Source of the DNA: Candidatus Woesebacteria bacterium
GTDB taxonomy: Bacteria; Patescibacteriota; Microgenomatia; UBA8517
DNA length: 64,000 nucleotides
Assembly: GCA_016432525.1 (NCBI GenBank)
Contig: CP066693.1
Location: forward strand, 288,815-352,814
Direction of reading: 5' to 3'
Shown: positions 1-10,200 of the stretch, one piece after another
Layout of the letters: every line of letters begins with the position of its first letter
Numbering within the stretch: the stretch's first letter is position 1
The notes under the pieces: generated by a model
Databases searched by the model: none
What the model was told of the DNA's origin: nothing
What the model saw: only the letters and a program-made list of their open reading frames with translations
Made by a program: the position numbers and the translations under genes

Positions 1-93
1 TGTAGGCCAACAGCCAGAAGGCAGCAAACCAAGAGAAGTTTTAGTGCAAAATCCTGAACAAGTTTTTGGATCCCCCACTGACGGAAATTAAAG

Positions 94-723
94 ATGAAGA
101 CTGTAGGAAAGATTCTTCGTGAAGCTCGTCTTAAGAAAGGCTACACGCTTGAAGATCTTGAAAGAGAAACGAAGATAAAAAAACACTTTATAAGTGCAAT
201 TGAATATAGCCAATGGGAAAAATTGCCAGAATTCCCGGTTGTTACTGGTTTCATCAAAAACTTAAGTTTTCCCTTAGATCTTGATAAAAATCAAATTGTT
301 TCCATATTACGTCGTGACTATCCTCCAAAAAGAATAAGTGAAGTAAATCCAAAACCAGAAATTAAAAAGAAATTTCGCTGGAATCCGAAATTTACTTTTG
401 TTTTATTTTCAGTAGTACTTATTTTAGTAAGTTTAGGCTATCTATTTTTTCAATACGCTAAATTTACATCCCCTCCGAATCTTGTTGTTACAAATCCTCA
501 AGATGGAGAAATAGTCAAAGAAAGAACTTTGGAAGTCAAAGGCAAAACCGATCCCGAAAGCACAATTGTTGTAAATAATCAATCAATAATTGTTAATGAC
601 ACAGGTGCCTTTCAAGGTGAAATAGAAATTTCAGAAGTAACCAAAGACATTGAAATAATAGCAAGATCAAGGTCTGGAAAAGAAACGATCATTCATCGTA
701 AAATTAACCTTGAACTAAAATGA
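94..723 (+). CDS. RodZ-like protein with an N-terminal helix-turn-helix (XRE-type) domain and a single TM segment
   Basis: N-terminal motif TLEDLERETKIKKHFISAIE resembles an XRE HTH; a hydrophobic TM segment (FTFVLFSVVLILVSLGYLFF) separates it from a C-terminal extracytoplasmic domain, as in RodZ. Confidence 0.55.
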   Translation: MKTVGKILREARLKKGYTLEDLERETKIKKHFISAIEYSQWEKLPEFPVVTGFIKNLSFPLDLDKNQIVSILRRDYPPKRISEVNPKPEIKKKFRWNPKFTFVLFSVVLILVSLGYLFFQYAKFTSPPNLVVTNPQDGEIVKERTLEVKGKTDPESTIVVNNQSIIVNDTGAFQGEIEISEVTKDIEIIARSRSGKETIIHRKINLELK

Positions 724-941
724 ATATTGGATCGGCACAATTTATACTTATTTTTGTAATAGTTGCACTTTCAGTTCTTCTTCTTGTGATAGGTTGGCAA
801 ATTGTTGTCCTGATTTTGGATATCAAAAAAACCATCAAAAAACTAAACCACGTTCTAGATGAAGCCTTAACAGGTAAAGAAATCTGGCAGTCAGGCCGCC
901 TCAAGGCTATTTTTGAGATATTAAAGACCAAAAAATCTTGA
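720..941 (+). CDS. hypothetical small membrane protein
   Basis: 73-aa ORF overlapping the upstream stop by 4 nt; one strong TM helix (ILIFVIVALSVLLLVIGWQIVVLIL). Confidence 0.35.
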   Translation: MNIGSAQFILIFVIVALSVLLLVIGWQIVVLILDIKKTIKKLNHVLDEALTGKEIWQSGRLKAIFEILKTKKS

Positions 942-1438
942 CTTCTAGCTTCAAATATGCTACTATAGGCCACTTAGCTAGCTACAATTCACAAGTGGAG
1001 GAAATCATGGCTGTCTTAATAGGAAGCATGTCAGCGGCAATTCGATCTATTCTGAATTGCCTTGGTCATATTGCAGTAGTTGCGATATGGGGAATTTCTC
1101 TGGCGATCGTCGCAGCCTCATTGCTCTCTGGCATTTTGATCATGATCGGGGCCAAGGATCTCAAGAGTATCGATGGGGGGTCACTTTTGGCCGTCTTTGG
1201 GATTGTTATCTTGGTCGCAGCTGCTGCACTATTATCACTGCATTCCAAGACAAAAACCGTTGCTGCTGCTATTTCGTTCGCATTTACTTTCTTTGGCTTT
1301 TTCGGCCAGAACTACTCAGGCTCGGTCAAGGCTTTCAAGCCACTGTTTGCCAGTGCAGATTCTAATCTCTGGCAAGTCTTTTTTGCCGCCGGCATGGCCT
1401 TTACCATCCTTTTCCTCCTCTCTAAACTTAAACGTTAA
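938..1438 (+). CDS. hypothetical membrane protein in a GC-rich segment
   Basis: 166-aa hydrophobic ORF (several predicted TM helices) followed by a strong intrinsic terminator; local GC is far above the window average and ORFs are open in three frames, so the true frame and start (possibly ATG 1006) are uncertain. Confidence 0.4.
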   Translation: MTSSFKYATIGHLASYNSQVEEIMAVLIGSMSAAIRSILNCLGHIAVVAIWGISLAIVAASLLSGILIMIGAKDLKSIDGGSLLAVFGIVILVAAAALLSLHSKTKTVAAAISFAFTFFGFFGQNYSGSVKAFKPLFASADSNLWQVFFAAGMAFTILFLLSKLKR

Positions 1439-1444
1439 TTTTTA

Positions 1445-1482
1445 AAGCCCCAACAGAATTTGTACGCGTTGGGGCTTTTTCG
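1445..1482 (+). terminator. rho-independent terminator
   Basis: perfect 10-bp stem aagccccaac/gttggggctt with a 14-nt loop, followed by TTTTT. Confidence 0.65.
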
Positions 1483-1505
1483 TACATTTCTGCTATAATC
1501 CACTC

Positions 1506-2810
1506 ATGACAGGTAGTCAGTTACGTCAAAAATATCTTAATTTTTTTAAAAGCAAAAACCATAAAATCATAGCTCCAGCTCCCCTTGTTCTAAAAGATGA
1601 CCCATCAACTTTATTCACCTCATCAGGAATGCAGCCATTAATTCCACATCTTCTTGGAGCTCCTCATAAAGACGGCAAACGTCTTACTAATTCCCAACCT
1701 TGTCTAAGAGTTCAGGATATAGAAGAAGTAGGTGACAATCGTCATACAACTTTTTTTGAAATGCTTGGTAATTGGTCTTTAGGTGACTATTTTAAAAAAG
1801 AACAACTACCTTGGATTTGGGAATTTGTGACAAAACAGCTCAATCTCCCCAAAGAAAAACTTTATATTTCAGTCTTTGAAGGCGATGGTTCAGTTAAAAA
1901 AGACGAAGAATCTTTAAAAATCTGGAAATCGTTAAGGATCACAGATGATCACATATTCTTTTATGGAGTCAAAAAAAATTGGTGGAGTAGGACTGGCACT
2001 CCATCTGAAATGCCAGAAGGTGAAATTGGAGGTCCCGATTCAGAAATATTTTTTGAATTCGAGGAAGTTTTACACGATCCCAAGTTTGGAGAAAAATGCC
2101 ACCCAAATTGTGATTGTGGGAAATTTATGGAAATTACCAATTCAGTTTTTATTCAGTACAAAAAAGAAAATGGAAAACTCGTTGAACTCCCTCAAAAAAA
2201 TGTAGATTTCGGCGGAGGTTTAGAGCGAATGCTTGCTGCTATTAATAACAACCCTGATGTTTTCAAAACCGATCTCTTTTGGCCAATTACTGAAGAAATA
2301 GAAAAGATTACTGGAAAAAAATATTCAGACGAAAAAAATAGGTCTGCAATTAGAATAATAGCAGACCATATCAAAGCCTCATGTTTTTTAATATCAAATG
2401 GAGTTATCCCTTCCAACAAAGCCCAAGGCTATATCTTAAGACGTCTTATTCGCCGTGCTTCTTTAAAAATGAAAAACCTAAAAGGAAATCTTGATCCAAA
2501 AGATTTCCAAAAAATTGTTGGTGCAATTATAAACATTTACAAGGATGATTATTTTCAAGATGAAGGAAGTTTCAAGGAAGTAATTGCCCAAGAAATTACA
2601 AAATTTTCAAACACACTTGATAAAGGCATGAAACTTCTTGAAAAAGTTTCTCCTTTTGATCTATTTCAATCTTATGGCTTTCCAATTGAACTAACAGAAG
2701 AGCTTTACAAAGAAAAAGGATTAAAGTTTGACAAAAGTGAGTTTCAAAAAGAATTTGTGAGTCATCAAAACCTTTCCCGCGCACAATCTACATTTAAAGT
2801 GGTAAAATAA
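1506..2810 (+). CDS. alaS: alanine--tRNA ligase, catalytic and tRNA-recognition core only (434 aa)
   Basis: AlaRS N-terminal motifs FFKSKNHKIIAPAPLV, DPSTLFTSSGMQ, HTTFFEMLGNWSLGDYFK and GGGLERM are present; the ORF ends right after the YGFP...SRAQS region that precedes the editing domain in full-length AlaRS. Confidence 0.85.
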   Translation: MTGSQLRQKYLNFFKSKNHKIIAPAPLVLKDDPSTLFTSSGMQPLIPHLLGAPHKDGKRLTNSQPCLRVQDIEEVGDNRHTTFFEMLGNWSLGDYFKKEQLPWIWEFVTKQLNLPKEKLYISVFEGDGSVKKDEESLKIWKSLRITDDHIFFYGVKKNWWSRTGTPSEMPEGEIGGPDSEIFFEFEEVLHDPKFGEKCHPNCDCGKFMEITNSVFIQYKKENGKLVELPQKNVDFGGGLERMLAAINNNPDVFKTDLFWPITEEIEKITGKKYSDEKNRSAIRIIADHIKASCFLISNGVIPSNKAQGYILRRLIRRASLKMKNLKGNLDPKDFQKIVGAIINIYKDDYFQDEGSFKEVIAQEITKFSNTLDKGMKLLEKVSPFDLFQSYGFPIELTEELYKEKGLKFDKSEFQKEFVSHQNLSRAQSTFKVVK

Positions 2811-2825
2811 TATCAAACTCTGTCC

Positions 2826-4892
2826 ATGAATAAAGAAAAAGAATACTTCTGGTCAGTTGCAATCGAAGATGGTCAAATTCAAGCAGGGATTTGGACCATT
2901 CATGAGGATAAAGCAAAAATTCTCTCAATAGCTACCCCTTCTCATTGGGCAGATAAAGATTTAATTGATGCTGCAGATGCAACTCTTTCATCAGCCACTC
3001 AAAATTTGGCAACAGAAGAAGAAATAGAACCAACTAAAGCAGTTTTTGGTCTTCCACCTTCATGGATCGAAGAAGGCCATATAAAAAAAGAATTCTTAGA
3101 AAAAATAAAAAGTATCTGTGATAAGCTTTCGCTTACTCCAACAGGTTTTGTAGTTTTACCTGAAGCAATTGCCAATTTCGTAAAATCAGAAGAAGGCACC
3201 CCAGCAAGCGCAGTCATAATAGGTGTAGGTGAAAACCTTTTAGATATAAGTGTTTTCAGACTTGGAAACTTAAGTGGAACAGTAAATGTAGCAAGAAGTG
3301 TCTCAATAGTTGAAGACGTATTAGAAGGTCTTGCTCGTTTTACTGATGTAAATCCAATTCCATCAAGATTTCTTCTTTACAACTCAAATAAAGCAAATTT
3401 GGAAGAAGCAAAGGATCAATTAACAAAGGAGGATTTGGTAGGCGATTTCAAAGACAAAGTTAAACTTTTGCACACTCCTCAGGTAGAAATTATTGATCCA
3501 GAAAGAAAAATAATTGCAATCTCTCTAGCGGGCGCATCAGAAATAGGTTCCGTTACAAAAATTGAATTAGACGGAAAAGCAGAAGATGTGGAAAAACCAA
3601 CAACAAAGATAGAAGAAGATATAAACTTTTCGGTGGGGGAAGATGTAGCCAAAAAAACCAAAAGATCAGTTAATCTGCCCAAAATTAAACTCAACCTTAA
3701 TTTTTTAAGTTTTATAAAAAACTTTAAAAACCTTAGAAATATTCCGATGCCTCAACAACGACCAATAAACACAATAATTATTTTCCTTATAATATTAATA
3801 ACTGCTTTAAGTTTGGCTTGGTGGTTCTTGCCAAAAGCAGAAGTCACAATTTACGTTTCCCCAAAGCATCTTGAATTTACTAAATCATTAACATTTGATC
3901 CAAGTCTTGGATCAGTAGATACAGAAAAATCCTTAGTTCCAGCAAAAGAAGTGGTCAAAGAAATATCAAACTCAAAGACAAAAGAGGCAACGGGTAATAA
4001 AACAATCGGCGATAAAGCAAAAGGAAAAGTAACCATAAGAAACGGAACAGCAGTTAATCTAAACTTAGATGCAGGAACCGTTCTGGTAAGCAGTAGCAAT
4101 TTAAGATTTTTGTTGGATAATGATGCGTCAATCTCAGGCGCCTTATCTCCTGCAAGTCCAGGAACAACAACAGTCGCAGCAACGGCCGAAGTCATAGGTG
4201 CCGATTATAATGTGGGGAAATCTGAAACTTTTCAAGTTGGCAATTTCCCAAAAAGCGAAGTTGATGCAATTGTAGATACAGAGTTTTCCGGTGGAAGTTC
4301 AAAAGACATTGTAGCGATTGGAAAAGATGATCCAAAATCTCTTGAAAATTCAATGACTCAAGATCTTCTCTCGCAAGCCGATAAAGAAATTCAAAATGAG
4401 ATATCAGATTCTGAAATTTATATTCCAGATTCAAAAAGTTCAGAAGTAACATCCGAAAATTTTGATCACAAAGTTGGAGATGAAGCAAATTCACTTAAAA
4501 TAGACCTCACTTTAAAAATAAAAGCTCTTGTTGTTAATAAAGATTCTTTAAATACCATGGCACAAGCTTATCTCAAAGATCAAATTCCACAAGGCTTTAT
4601 TCTAAGAAATGGCCAAATCGAATTTAATTTTGAAAACGGCTCTCAAAAACCAAATGGAGTATGGCAATTTGACACTCGCTTTATAGGAAATTTGCTTCCA
4701 GAAATAAAAATAGACGAAGTCAGTCAAAAAATCACTGGAAAATATCCCCAAGTTGCTATTAATTACTTAACAAGTACAGTTCCAGGATTTTCAAAAGCAT
4801 CTGTAAGTCAAAGCATAAAACTTCCGGGTTTGCTTTCAACACTACCCCACGTTACCAAAAACATTTCAATTATTGTATCATCCGAGAAATAA
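2826..4892 (+). CDS. hypothetical membrane-anchored protein: N-terminal actin-like (FtsA/PilM-like) ATPase fold, one TM helix, ~350-aa extracellular region
   Basis: N-terminus (FWSVAIEDGQIQAGIW, LSLTPTGFVVLPEAIANFV, AVIIGVGENLLDISVF) resembles ASKHA/actin-like phosphate and adenosine motifs; a TM segment lies at about aa 318-340 (IIIFLIILITALSLAWWF); the C-terminal part is Ser/Thr/Gly/Val-rich. Confidence 0.6.
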   Translation: MNKEKEYFWSVAIEDGQIQAGIWTIHEDKAKILSIATPSHWADKDLIDAADATLSSATQNLATEEEIEPTKAVFGLPPSWIEEGHIKKEFLEKIKSICDKLSLTPTGFVVLPEAIANFVKSEEGTPASAVIIGVGENLLDISVFRLGNLSGTVNVARSVSIVEDVLEGLARFTDVNPIPSRFLLYNSNKANLEEAKDQLTKEDLVGDFKDKVKLLHTPQVEIIDPERKIIAISLAGASEIGSVTKIELDGKAEDVEKPTTKIEEDINFSVGEDVAKKTKRSVNLPKIKLNLNFLSFIKNFKNLRNIPMPQQRPINTIIIFLIILITALSLAWWFLPKAEVTIYVSPKHLEFTKSLTFDPSLGSVDTEKSLVPAKEVVKEISNSKTKEATGNKTIGDKAKGKVTIRNGTAVNLNLDAGTVLVSSSNLRFLLDNDASISGALSPASPGTTTVAATAEVIGADYNVGKSETFQVGNFPKSEVDAIVDTEFSGGSSKDIVAIGKDDPKSLENSMTQDLLSQADKEIQNEISDSEIYIPDSKSSEVTSENFDHKVGDEANSLKIDLTLKIKALVVNKDSLNTMAQAYLKDQIPQGFILRNGQIEFNFENGSQKPNGVWQFDTRFIGNLLPEIKIDEVSQKITGKYPQVAINYLTSTVPGFSKASVSQSIKLPGLLSTLPHVTKNISIIVSSEK

Positions 4893-5562
4893 ATTGATGC
4901 AAAAAGATAATTTTCTAAAATTCGTTTCCTTTTTTTTCTTAATAATAGGAGCCTCCCTACTTATCTTTGTTTTTTATCCAATTGTTAAATACGAGCTCGA
5001 CCCTTCAATTGGTCTAAGGTCTTTCATTTCTCCGGTTCCCCAAGACATTCAGGATTTAACCAAAGCAAGCAATTGGTTTGAAAATAACAACAAAAATGAT
5101 TTTAACGAAAATTCTAAAATAGTTTCTTATACAATTTCAATTCCATCCTTAAAGATTAAAAACGCAACAGTTAATGTGGGAGGTGAAGATTTATCTCAAA
5201 GCCTTATCCAATATCCAGGAACAGCTCTTCCTGGTAAAACCGGAAATACAGTAATCTTTGGTCACTCAGTCCTTCCCCAATTTTTTGACCCTAAAAATTA
5301 TTTATCAATTTTCTCAACCCTTCCGGATATAAAAAGCGACTCAAAAATCACAATTGATTACGATGGTGTCACTTATAACTTTAGAGTTGTAGACAAATTT
5401 GAAGTTTTGCCAACAGATATTGATATCTTAAACCAAGACGAGGGTAGCTCAGTAATTTCCTTGGTAACTTGTGTCCCTCCAGGAGACCCTCGTCGCCCCA
5501 GAAGGTTGATAGTTCGTGCTAAAATTGATCCCACAATCTCATATGCAAATACTAGGTCTTGA
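4873..5562 (+). CDS. sortase family transpeptidase
   Basis: N-terminal membrane anchor, His motif NTVIFGHS, active-site LVTC motif (SLVTCVPPG) and a conserved Arg in RRLIVRAKI; an alternative start ATG at 4897 would avoid the overlap. Confidence 0.8.
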   Translation: MYHPRNKLMQKDNFLKFVSFFFLIIGASLLIFVFYPIVKYELDPSIGLRSFISPVPQDIQDLTKASNWFENNNKNDFNENSKIVSYTISIPSLKIKNATVNVGGEDLSQSLIQYPGTALPGKTGNTVIFGHSVLPQFFDPKNYLSIFSTLPDIKSDSKITIDYDGVTYNFRVVDKFEVLPTDIDILNQDEGSSVISLVTCVPPGDPRRPRRLIVRAKIDPTISYANTRS

Positions 5563-5932
5563 TTATGGTGACAAAAAAATAGGGTTAGCGTATGCAAGTG
5601 CGTTTCTCGCAGAACCCTTGATGGTTGTGAGATTCGAGCGAGTTGATGAGCTTTTCGAAAAAATAAAAAAAATAGTAACTGATTATAAAATCGAAAAAAT
5701 AGTCGTTGGAGTATCAGAAGGAGCTTCAGCCGAAAAATCCATGGAATTTGGATATTTACTTAAAGACAAGCTAAACCTAGAAGTCAATTTTCAAGATGAA
5801 ACCCTCTCAACCGAAGAAGCAAATATGCTATCCCGCGAAGCAAACGTCTCCAGATCTAGACGTAAATCTCTCGAAGATGCATATGCAGCCACGATCATCT
5901 TGCAAAATTATTTAGATAAAATTTTGAAGTAG
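5543..5932 (+). CDS. ruvX: putative pre-16S rRNA nuclease / Holliday-junction resolvase-like YqgF
   Basis: ILGLDYGDKKIGLAYAS N-terminal motif typical of the YqgF/RuvX family; conserved alaS-ruvX-mltG neighbourhood. Confidence 0.8.
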   Translation: MQILGLDYGDKKIGLAYASAFLAEPLMVVRFERVDELFEKIKKIVTDYKIEKIVVGVSEGASAEKSMEFGYLLKDKLNLEVNFQDETLSTEEANMLSREANVSRSRRKSLEDAYAATIILQNYLDKILK

Positions 5933-5964
5933 ACATCCATAAATACTCCGGTATAATTATAGAA

Positions 5965-6165
5965 ATGCTAAAAAATATCGTCTCTCCAATTCAGGCTTGG
6001 CTCTTATCTCAGGGTAGATGTGTAGGTTGTGGTAAATTTTTAAGCGAAATGAACCATTCAAAATTTAAAGGAGACGAAGAAAAAGTTACTTGTGCCTGTA
6101 GACGCGTTTATATCTATAACAAAAAAACCAAAAAATACAGACGCGCCCTCCTAAATGAAGCCTAA
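5965..6165 (+). CDS. hypothetical small zinc-ribbon protein
   Basis: 66 aa with CVGCGK...CACRR Cys pairs. Confidence 0.4.
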   Translation: MLKNIVSPIQAWLLSQGRCVGCGKFLSEMNHSKFKGDEEKVTCACRRVYIYNKKTKKYRRALLNEA

Positions 6166-7132
6166 AGTCTACATTTTATTTATTTTACCTCTAATAGTCT
6201 TAACCTTAGCCCTGTCGGCAGTTGCATTCTGGTGGGTGGATTCTCTTAAATCCCCAAATTCCACATTTCTTCAAAAACAAAGCTTTATCATTCAAAAAGG
6301 GGAAACTGGCGCGGCTATTGCAAAAGATTTAAAATCCCAAGGCTTAGTTAAAAACGATTTAGTATTTAGAATTTATTTAAGAATTAAAAATATTACCAAA
6401 AGCCTTCCTCCAGGAGAATATGAGTTGTCTCCTTCTCAAAACCTTCAAAGTATAGTGGCTACTTTATCAAAAGGCCCAATTGGGGTTTGGGTGACAGTCC
6501 CAGAAGGTGTGAGAAGGGAGCAAATCGCAGAAAGAATTATCGAAAGTTTTGAGCTTTCAGGCGACAAAGCCAAAACCTTCTATGATGAATTTTTAAAAGA
6601 AACAGAAGGGCAAGAGGGCTACCTTTTTCCAGACACATACATTTTTCTTAAAAGTTCCTCAGTTACAAATATAGTCGCAAAATTAAAATCCACTTTTGAC
6701 CAAAAAACGCAAAATCTTAATATCACAACTGGACTTAGTTTAAGACAAACTGTAATTTTGGCGTCAATTGTTGAAAGAGAAACAGGAAAATTTGAAGAAA
6801 ATCCCTTCGTTGCCGGAATTTTACTTAATAGGTTAAATGCTGGTTGGCCTCTTCAAGCAGACGCAACTGTCCAGTATATCTTAGGAACTCCACAAAAATG
6901 GTGGCCAAATGTTTTATCAGAAGATTTAAAAATAAAATCATCTTACAATACTTATACTTTTGCAGGTCTTCCAATAGCTCCTATTGCCAACCCAGGCCTA
7001 AACGCCTTAGAAGCCGCAGCAAATCCCAAGGACACTCCTTACTGGTATTATCTTCATGACTCGGGAGGGCAAATTCACTATGCCAAAACTCTCGAAGAAC
7101 ACAATGCAAATATTGCAAAATATTTACAGTAA
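6155..7132 (+). CDS. mltG: endolytic murein transglycosylase MltG (YceG family)
   Basis: N-terminal TM anchor and the YceG-family signature GYLFPDTYIF. Confidence 0.85.
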   Translation: MKPKVYILFILPLIVLTLALSAVAFWWVDSLKSPNSTFLQKQSFIIQKGETGAAIAKDLKSQGLVKNDLVFRIYLRIKNITKSLPPGEYELSPSQNLQSIVATLSKGPIGVWVTVPEGVRREQIAERIIESFELSGDKAKTFYDEFLKETEGQEGYLFPDTYIFLKSSSVTNIVAKLKSTFDQKTQNLNITTGLSLRQTVILASIVERETGKFEENPFVAGILLNRLNAGWPLQADATVQYILGTPQKWWPNVLSEDLKIKSSYNTYTFAGLPIAPIANPGLNALEAAANPKDTPYWYYLHDSGGQIHYAKTLEEHNANIAKYLQ

Positions 7133-7142
7133 TCAAAAGGGG

Positions 7143-7170
7143 TTGACAAGCTTTTCAAATCCTGTATAAT
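7143..7170 (+). promoter_or_regulatory. sigma70-like promoter upstream of rpoBC
   Basis: TTGACA (7143-7148), 16-nt spacer, TG-extended TATAAT (7165-7170). Confidence 0.5.
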
Positions 7171-7250
7171 CCTCCTTAGCCTACATTTTGTAGGTTTATG
7201 CCGCTTCTTGTGGCGGTTTTCAAAAAAACAAATACCTAAAAGGTGCCCCG

Positions 7251-10200
7251 ATGGCCCAAAAAAGAATAAATTTCGGAAAAACAGAAAAAAATCTGCCTAA
7301 ACTAGATTTAACTCTTCTCCAAAGAGATTCTTGGCAATGGTTTTTAAAAGAAGGAATTCAAAAAGAATTAGAAGAAATAAATCCCATTAGTGACTTCACT
7401 GGAAAAAATTGGGAATTGGAGTTTTCAAATTACGCTTTAGAAGAACCTAGTTTAACCCCAAAAATTGCAAGAGAAAAAGGTGTTACTTTTGCATCAGCTT
7501 TCAAAATAATTGCGCGCCTTACAAATAAAAAAACTAATAGATCAACTGAGCAAGAAGTCTTCTTAGGAAACATTCCTCAAATGACAGATTCCGGGACCTT
7601 CATAATTAATGGAATTGAAAGAGCAGTTATAAACCAACTCATAAGATCTCCAGGAGTTTACTTTTCATCTGAGTTAGATCAAGGCTCAGGTCGCATGCTT
7701 CATTATGCAGAAGTCCGTCCACTTCGTGGTTCTTGGCTTGAATTTGAGGTTGCCAAAAATGACGTAATTGCAGCCCGTATTGACAGAAAAAGAAAAGTCA
7801 TGGCAACAACAGTTCTTCGTGCAATGGGTTTAGAATCAGATGATGAGATAATTAAAACCTTTGAAAACATAGACACAGATAAAAATCACAAATACATTGC
7901 AAAAACCTTAGAAAAAGACTCAACTAAAACCCGTGAAGAAGCTATTCTTGAAATTTACAGAAAACTTCGTCCAGGCGAGCCAGCAGTTTTAGATAATGCC
8001 CAATCTCTTTTTGAAAGTTTATTCTTTGAAGGAAGAAGATATGATCTTGGTCGTGTCGGTCGATATAAAATAAACAAACGTCTCGGAGTTAATGTACCAA
8101 ACGAAAAAAGCAAATGGATTCTAACTCGTGATGACGTAATAGGAACTATCTCCTATATTATTGGTCTTCAAAATGGTATTGGTAGAGTTGACGATATCGA
8201 TCATCTTTCAAATAGACGTTTAAGAAGAGTTGGCGAATTGGTAGCAACTCACGCTTTTCGCGTTGGACTTCTTCGTTTAGAGCGCTCAATTAAAGAAAAA
8301 ATGAGTTTAATCTCCCCTGATGATAGCCCAAATCCAGCACAACTTATTAATGCTCGTCCATTAATTGCAGCAATTAATGAATTTTTCCGTTCAAATCAAC
8401 TCTCGACAATTCTTGATAACACCAATCCTCTTTCAGAAATTGATAATTTGAGACGTGTCTCAGTTTTAGGCCCTGGCGGAATTAATCGTGAACGCGCATC
8501 GTTCTCAATTCGTGATGTTAACTCCTCCCAATATGGAAGAATCGATCCAGTAAGGTCTCCTGAAGGTCCAAATATCGGTTTAGTTACATATCTCGCTCTC
8601 TATGCAAAAATCAATGAATACGGCTTTATCGAAACCCCTTACAAAAAAGTTGAAAAAATTCAAAAAAACGGAAAAGAAATAGCCAGAATAACTGATGAAA
8701 TAGTCTATCTTGATGCATCAGACGAAGAAAATTTAAGAATCACCCATTCATCAGTTAATTTTGACGAAAACGGGCTGATCACTGATGATCGTGTTCCCTT
8801 CCGTTATAAAGGTTCATTTTTAGAAGGCCCATCATCTTTGATTGATTTAATTGATATTACTCCACGTCAAGTTTTTGGTGCATCAGCCTCGTTAATTCCA
8901 TTTTTAGCGCACGATGAAGGAAACCGTGCCCTCATGGGTTCAAACATGCAATGTCAGGCAGTCCCGTTAATTAAGCCAGAATCCCCAGTTGTGGGAACTG
9001 GTATGGAAAAAGAAGTAGCTCAGGCAATGGGACAGGTAATAAGATCAAAACACGCAGGAACTGTAACTTATGTTGACTCTCAAAAAATAGATATAAAACT
9101 TGATGACAAAAAAGAAGTGGTTACCTACAACTTAACCAAATTCTGGAGAACAGCTCAATCAACTTGCTACAATCAAAAAGCAAAAGTCTCAGTTGGAGAT
9201 CAAATAAAAGTAGGCGATCTTTTAGCTGATGGTGCAAGCTCGCAAGATGGAGAATTAGCCTTAGGTCAAAATCTTTTTATTGCATATACCTCATTTGGAG
9301 GTTACGGCTTTGAAGATGCAGTCTTAGTTTCAGATCGTTTGGTTAAAGAGGATCTTCTTACATCAATTCACATCAAAGAATATCAAGCAGATATTGTAGA
9401 AACAAAGCTAGGACCAGAAGAGTTAACTCGCGATATTCCAAATGTATCAGAAGGCGAGCTTGCCAATCTTGCATCAGATGGAATTGTAGTGGTTGGAGCA
9501 GAAGTCTCTCCCAACGATATTTTAGTAGGTAAAATTGCCCCCAAAGGAGAAACAGAGCTTACATCAGAAGAGCGTCTTTTAAGAGCAATTTTTGGAGAAA
9601 AAGCTCGAGAAGTTCGAGATACTTCTCTTCGCGTTCCCCATGGAGAAGGCGGAACTGTTGTTGAAGTCACAATTCTTGATAAAGACAAAGGCGATGAGTT
9701 AGGCCCAGGAGTCATAAAATCAGTAATTGTCAAAGTTGCTCAAATCAGAAAAGTAACAGTAGGAGATAAACTTGCAGGTCGCCATGGAAATAAAGGAGTT
9801 ATTGCAAAAATCATGCCAGCGGGAGACATGCCTCACACCCAAGAAGGTCGTCCTGTTGATATTATCATTTCTCCTCTTTCAGTTCTTGCTCGTATGAATT
9901 TGGGACAGCTCCTGGAAACTCATCTTGGCTGGGCTATGGAAAAATTGGGCAAAAAAGCCGCCCTCCCTGTTTTTGATAAATTAGATGAAGAAATAGTAGC
10001 TTCCGAGCTTCAAAAAGCAGGACTTCCAGTTAGTGGTAAAACAAAACTTGTCGATGGACGAACAGGAGAAGCTCTAAAAGAAGATACAGTAGTTGGAATT
10101 GGTTACATTATGAAATTAAAGCATATGATTGAGGACAAAACCCATGCCCGTTCAACTGGTCCATACTCATTGGTAACTCAACAGCCTCTCGGAGGTAAAG

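Noticed and set aside
1057-1445. Overlapping ORFs 1057-1365(+), 1173-1445(+) and 1066-1248(-)
   Set aside because: These are alternative frames of the same GC-rich segment. Multiple open frames are expected in GC-rich DNA, and only one frame (938-1438) was kept, tentatively.
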